DNA of 43,569 nt from Octopus bimaculoides (Eukaryota), in NCBI RefSeq assembly GCF_001194135.2, contig NC_068982.1, forward strand, positions 156,299,404-156,342,972, written 5' to 3'. The notes beneath the pieces were generated by a model. That model saw nothing but the letters and a program-made list of their open reading frames with translations, searched no databases and was not told the origin of the DNA. How positions within the stretch are numbered: position 1 is the stretch's first letter; the number at the start of each line of letters is the position of its first letter. A program made the position numbers and the translations under genes. Positions 38,295 through 43,569 of this stretch are shown in pieces.

Positions 38295-38690
38295 GAAGAG
38301 AGATAAGTAGGAGAAGAAAGAGATGTTATCAATGTTGCTGTCTTCGCATATTTTTGAGATTTTTACAATTTGTATTCAATTTGAATATATGTAGGTCAAG
38401 ATATAAATCAATTACACAGCCAAGGAACTGTTCAATATAGGAAAGAGGGGTAGCATCAGAAAGAGTTGAGGGCCGAGGGGAAGACACAGTATGTTGTGCT
38501 GGTCTAATTGGAGCGAACGTGCCTTTGAGGCAAACAGAAGGGAAGAGAATATACGTAAGCGAGCGTAGTAGTGAGTACGTGTAGTGAGTATGGTTTTATC
38601 AATCAGCTGAATGGATGATAGTAAGTCGTGATAAAAAAGATTTTTTGAATTAGAAATATTAGAAGGCTCAAAATGATTTTATAAATATTT

Positions 38691-38806
38691 ATGGTTCCGG
38701 GGTCAGTCCCACTGCATGGCAACTTGGGCAAGTGTTTTCTATTACAGCCTCGGGCCGACGAAAGCCTTTTGAGTGGATTTGGTACACAGAAACTGAAAGA
38801 AGCCCG
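38691..38806 (+). mobile_element. SINE family A, 5' part
   Basis: ATGGTTCCGGGGTCAGTCCCACTGC...CTTGGGCAAGTG...GAAACTGAAAGAAGCCCG. Confidence 0.88.
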
Positions 38807-39225
38807 GTCTCCTTTTTTAAGGCATATTCCTTGCCTTCAGTTCATCTTTGGTGTTACAACGAGTTTTGCTGGTCTCTTGCTCAACTGGAGTTTTGCTGGT
38901 CTCTCGCTCGGGGAGTTAGGTGACCAGATGATAGGGGTGATGTGGTAGCAGAAATTGTGTGACAGCCATGACTGGATTCTTCTGCTTGTGTGGTCTGGTG
39001 CAGAGTCCTGTTGCCAGACAGAGAGTCGTCCAGCAGCTAGCCATTTCAGCTGCAGTACCTCCTCCAGGCACTTGATGTTGGGCTTCCCTGTTGAGTGTGA
39101 GGCCGTGTGGGAAGATGAATGGGGGCATAACATCACAATCACTAATGATTACTTCAAACACCATGTTGTGGACTGCATGTTTGATTTTTATCACTCTCGG
39201 TACATGTCCTCAGATTTAGGGGGAA
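38805..39225 (-). mobile_element. maT/DD37D-like (Tc1/mariner superfamily) transposase fragment
   Basis: VPRVIKIKHAVHNMVFEVIISDCDVMPPFIFPHGLTLN / KCLEEV...AAGRLSVWQQDSAPDHTS...WLSHNF...IWSPNSP; the third catalytic D region is deleted, so the DD37D spacing is inferred from similarity. Confidence 0.8.
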
Positions 39226-39585
39226 TTCCTTTAGAAAAGTTTTAATCGATTTTCTCGGGATGGGGGCTAGGAAAAAAATACAAACCGCATTCCAATCTAT
39301 GTACCCATCTCCACATGTGTGCCATTTTTCACGCGAATCCACCCAGTCGTTTGGCTCTCTGTGAACCTCAAGACAAGAAAGAATGCAACGATCGCCCATG
39401 TCCAATATATATATATATATATANNNNNNNNNNNNNNNNNNNNNNNNNNNNNNNNNNNNNNNNNNNNNNNNNNNNNNNNNNNNNNNNNNNNNNNNNNNNN
39501 NNNNNNNNNNNNNNNNNNNNNNNNNNNNNNNNNNNNNNNNNNNNNNNNNNNNNNNNNNNNNNNNNNNNNNNNNNNNNNNNNNNNN

Positions 39586-39625
<40 letters not shown>

Positions 39626-39870
39626 TGCGTGCGTGTGCGTGCGTGTGTGTGTTTGTTCTTCCACCACTGCTTGACGACCAGTGCAGGTGTGTTTACATCC
39701 CTGTAATCTAGCGGTTCAGCTAAAGAGATGGATAGAATAAGTGTCAGGCTTAGAAAAACGTAAGTACTGCGGTTGATACATTCGGCTAAAAAAATCTTCA
39801 AGGCGGTACCTCAACATGGCCGCAGTCTAATGATTAAAGCAAGTAAACGATAAAAGATAAAAGATAAAAG
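39586..39870 (+). mobile_element. SINE family A, 3' half (TG microsatellite, body, GATAAAA tail)
   Basis: CTTGACGACCAGTGCAGGTGTGTTTACATCCC...TAGCGGTTCAGC...CTTCAAGGCGGTACC...(GATAAAA)3. Confidence 0.85.
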
Positions 39871-41099
39871 ACAGATATGAAGTAAACACAGGCACATCTT
39901 TGTACATGTTGACTGCGAGAGACTATTCTGTTTAGTGTGTATAGGCCGTAAATGTGTTACAGTTTAATTGATAAACTCCGCATCACAACTACCATCACTC
40001 CCACCATCATTTTAATCTCCGATGAAATAAAAATGATTGTCTTAAAATTGTATTAAATGATATCAAAGAATACATGATAAAGTGGAGACTGATGTATTAG
40101 ATTGGCAGAATATTAATTCTGTGATGACACTTAATTCAGGCAATTTGAAAGTGAAATATTGTTGTGTTAATTAGTAAAAAAAAAGAAGATAAAATGGAAA
40201 AAAATAACTAACAAACATATATATGTAATATATAAATAGATAAATAAATAAAGGACAATTCAATATTGAGCAAAAAGAAAAAAAGAAATAAATACGTAAA
40301 TAAATAAATAATTAATAAACTGGTACGAGAAATTGGAATATTGAATAAATTACAAGCTTGATTATTTTCGATTGTTATCGATCGTTTTTCAGCTTGCAGA
40401 CTGCATTATATACAACGACTACTTTTTATTGGGAAGAACGAAATCAAACGGAAATGAGGAAGTAAAAACATTAGCATATATAATTATCAATTACGTCGTT
40501 TTTTTTTTACTTCCTTCCATCATCTAAGTAGTATTAGCATATGCAGGAAAGAGAAAAAGACTTAGAATTATTTGAGCATTTTTTTCACAGTATCATCATT
40601 TACAGAAGTAACGTTTAGATAAACCGTTATATCTGTATTTTTATATCACCTTTTATATTTCTTTTCAGATATTTCTGTACTAGACGGCTGCATAACCATA
40701 TTTTCCGCAACCAGCTGTAACCAAATAGATTGGTCGAAATGATAATCAATGAAACGTCTAGTAAAAACATGCATGAAGGGTGTAGATATTATTCATGTTT
40801 CATATATTGAATTGATTATAATTGTCTTATTAACTGTCATTACCCTTTGTTTATAACATCATTCATTTTATAATAAATTCCCGCAGCTTTCCATCTTTGC
40901 GTTTTTCGAGAGAAAATTGCATCTGGTAGCTAGGAGCGGTTGAGCGCCCTTAATGAACTACCGTGCGTATTCACCAAGCAACCAAGGTACATATAAAGCT
41001 GTGTTCTGTCTTTCATGTCTTTTTCATATAAAACTGGATAGTTTTTTTTATCCTATCTGTAATAACCGTTAATTTAGATTATTCCTGTTGAATATAAGT

Positions 41100-42230
41100 A
41101 TGCTTAGGACACAAGCGTCTCGATCTCAGCTTCTCTGTTTCATTCTTTGCGAACAAACTTATCTTCTTCTGAAGAGTTAAATACCGCAATCGATGTTGTG
41201 CAATGTAACCCTTATTTTTAGCGATCTTGCTTTTTATATCTGAAAACGTGTTTACCACATAATACTCGCCTTGAAATAACGAAGCCTACAAGAGAAACTC
41301 TCTGTGATGATAAGATTCCATTACTTGTACTTATGGAATACATTACTGGACTTTGGAGACGGTAGTAATGGAGAAAAGGAAACTGTCTGGGCATCCTGTC
41401 CTGATCACAGTACACTATATCTCATAATTAATAAAGTGAGGCATTTTCACAATAATAGAGACGTAGATTGTGTCATCATAATTCCTTTATGAACCATATG
41501 TTTATGACATATATTCTTGTTACTGCTTCTATTAAAACACCAGCCCTCACTTCAGAAATCTCTGTTGACTATTTTTGTTACATCTTACTGACCATGTTGT
41601 CACTATCTCAATAAAATTAAACTTTAAGTTTAATCATGCTGTAATATGCATAATCCGTTACCCAGTATAACTACACCTCCTAAATAATGGATACTTATAA
41701 AAGAAGTCCACTGTCCCAAACCTGAAAATAACTTTTTCGTTCGATTGGGCCATAAAAACGAGATTTTTGCTGTTTTCTTAATGATTTTTCTTTTAAAGAT
41801 GTAGGAAAATGTATCTGCATCAATCACAAATTATCCCACACAATTACCATATAATTTTGTTAATATTCCAATCGTACACTGTGTTACTGCTGTATGGTAT
41901 TCTATACAGTTGCTGTGCCCTAATGTCCTTGATATTATTCTCCTGGAGTCTCTAGAGGATGACTCTTAACATTGTTTATTGCATATAATCAAGACAATCC
42001 GTCTTCCACCAGCTTTCTTCTTATCTCTATCACCATAGCTATCAAAGATCGCACTCGCTGTTCCCTGCGTGATCTACGTAACTTTTTGCTTTTCGGAGTT
42101 TTCTCATTCTTATTGTGATGAATTCTAATTAACGATAATGATTTTCTTTTCACTATACTTATAATTTCCATTGAATAATTCTTTCTGCATCACTGCACTA
42201 AGTAGGTTGGCTTGCTGAATGTCTCATTGC
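41100..42230 (-). pseudogene. Possible very old DNA-transposon-associated ORF relic (CXC/PIN-like family)
   Basis: Stop-riddled frames contain AIFDSYG, DADT and KK*GLHCTT, faintly like VFDxY, EADT and KxGLxCT motifs of tesmin/CXC-containing transposon proteins. Weak. Confidence 0.2.
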
Positions 42231-42769
42231 CTTTCCACGGACAGTGAAATAAATAAATAAATAAATAAATACACGAGGTGAGTCGATGTACAGTGACTGT
42301 CTCCTTCAAATTAAACCGTCTCCTCTTTAATAAAGAAATCAATCATGATTTTCTAAATAACAAATTCAAAACCTGTTGCAAACTGGTGCATGAACGCAAG
42401 AATAAGAATTTACAAACTCCGCCATTGTAAACCCGCTCACCTTGCGTCCCTTGATTATCTTTAATGAATCTACACAGGAAATTGGATGCTAGTAGGAGGT
42501 TAATAGACTGCTACTATTATAACTTATACAGAATATCACATAATCTACACTGGATCATATAACATTTTGTGTACTAATTCTTTAAAAACCATTTGGGTTA
42601 TCTTTTTCTGCTGTTCCAGGTTCATTGACTTGGAAGATGTAAATGATTAGAAACTATTTAAAGTCTCTATTCTTAGATTAAACCTTGCTTTTCGAGTTGG
42701 AAATTTACTGCATACATACTTTTCACAATTGAATTCATTGTTCAGTAAGTATTGACCAGGTGAATACAC

Positions 42770-43100
42770 ATACAACACATACACGCTCACACACACACAG
42801 ACACACAAAAACATACACTTACACACACACACAAACATGCACGCGCACACACACACTGGTTCGCGCGCGCGCACATACACAACATATACAGAGTATGAGA
42901 GATATATAGATGTGTACTTGTATATATTTATATATACATATATATACATACATATATACATATACATACATACATATATATATATGTATATATGTGCATA
43001 CATATACACAAATATATATATATGTATAAATATGTATATATGTATGTGTGTATGTATGTATATATGTGAATATATATACATATATACATATGTATGGACA
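42770..43100. repeat. (CA)n/(TA)n compound microsatellite
   Basis: Direct. Confidence 0.9.
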
Positions 43101-43569
43101 TGGAGAAAAGAAGCTTATCTCTTCAAAGGAGAGAATATATGAGAGTTGGTTTGCTTGAAAATAGAACTAAGTCTTCAACACTGCAATATATATATATATT
43201 TATATAGATATATGGATCGACCATTGGAGTCCGAAGACTAGCGACATGCTTGAAACTCAGAGTACCAAGGAGATTGAATCAAACTGTTTTGATCCATACA
43301 TGTAACTCCCAATAAATGTGTTGAGTGCCCTTCTTTCGGTTGTCCACTCACTCATATATATTATCTTCGAAACGTCTAGTTAGAATAGAGGCAGCTGATG
43401 AATAATTCCAAGTGGCTTTCTGTTTTCCTATGTGTTCGTTCCGTTGTCTGTAGTTCATTGTTCTAACGTCCTGTACCCTGATATGTATCTATATACACAC
43501 GTAGATGTAAGTATATACATATATATGTGTGTATACATGCATATATATTCTTTGTATTTTATATATATA

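Noticed and set aside
43367-43412. Hammerhead/Penelope motif (CGAAACGTC ... CTGATGA)
   Set aside because: The core halves are in permuted order with no pairing stem I, and there is no GAAA after CTGATGA. At most a PLE-like relic.

Overview
AT-rich, microsatellite-dense eukaryotic (non-prokaryotic) genomic DNA with 10 assembly gaps. The tRNA-derived SINE families resemble those I recall from Octopus, so the source is probably a cephalopod, plausibly O. bimaculoides; this is inference, not a database match. No intact protein-coding gene is confidently supported, and most ORF-track entries are translations of microsatellites or N-gaps. The window is a transposable-element graveyard: (i) at least 3 SINE families (about 13 copies or fragments); (ii) a TIR-bounded Tc1 element with a SINE inserted into its transposase C-terminus and an 11-bp TSD; (iii) mariner and maT-like (DD37D) fragments; (iv) a decayed Gypsy gag-pol; (v) RTE LINE fragments; (vi) a dense cluster (22.4-37.0 kb) of about 9 5'-truncated R4/Dong-like RLE non-LTR retrotransposon fragments from several subfamilies, most of them bounded by (AAT)n/(ATT)n tracts. 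The most interesting signals are a covarying 3'-UTR hairpin at a fixed distance from the (AAT)n tail in three divergent Dong-like subfamilies, serial tail-into-tail insertion, an apparent local inversion inside the array, and a 17-bp minisatellite with higher-order structure.
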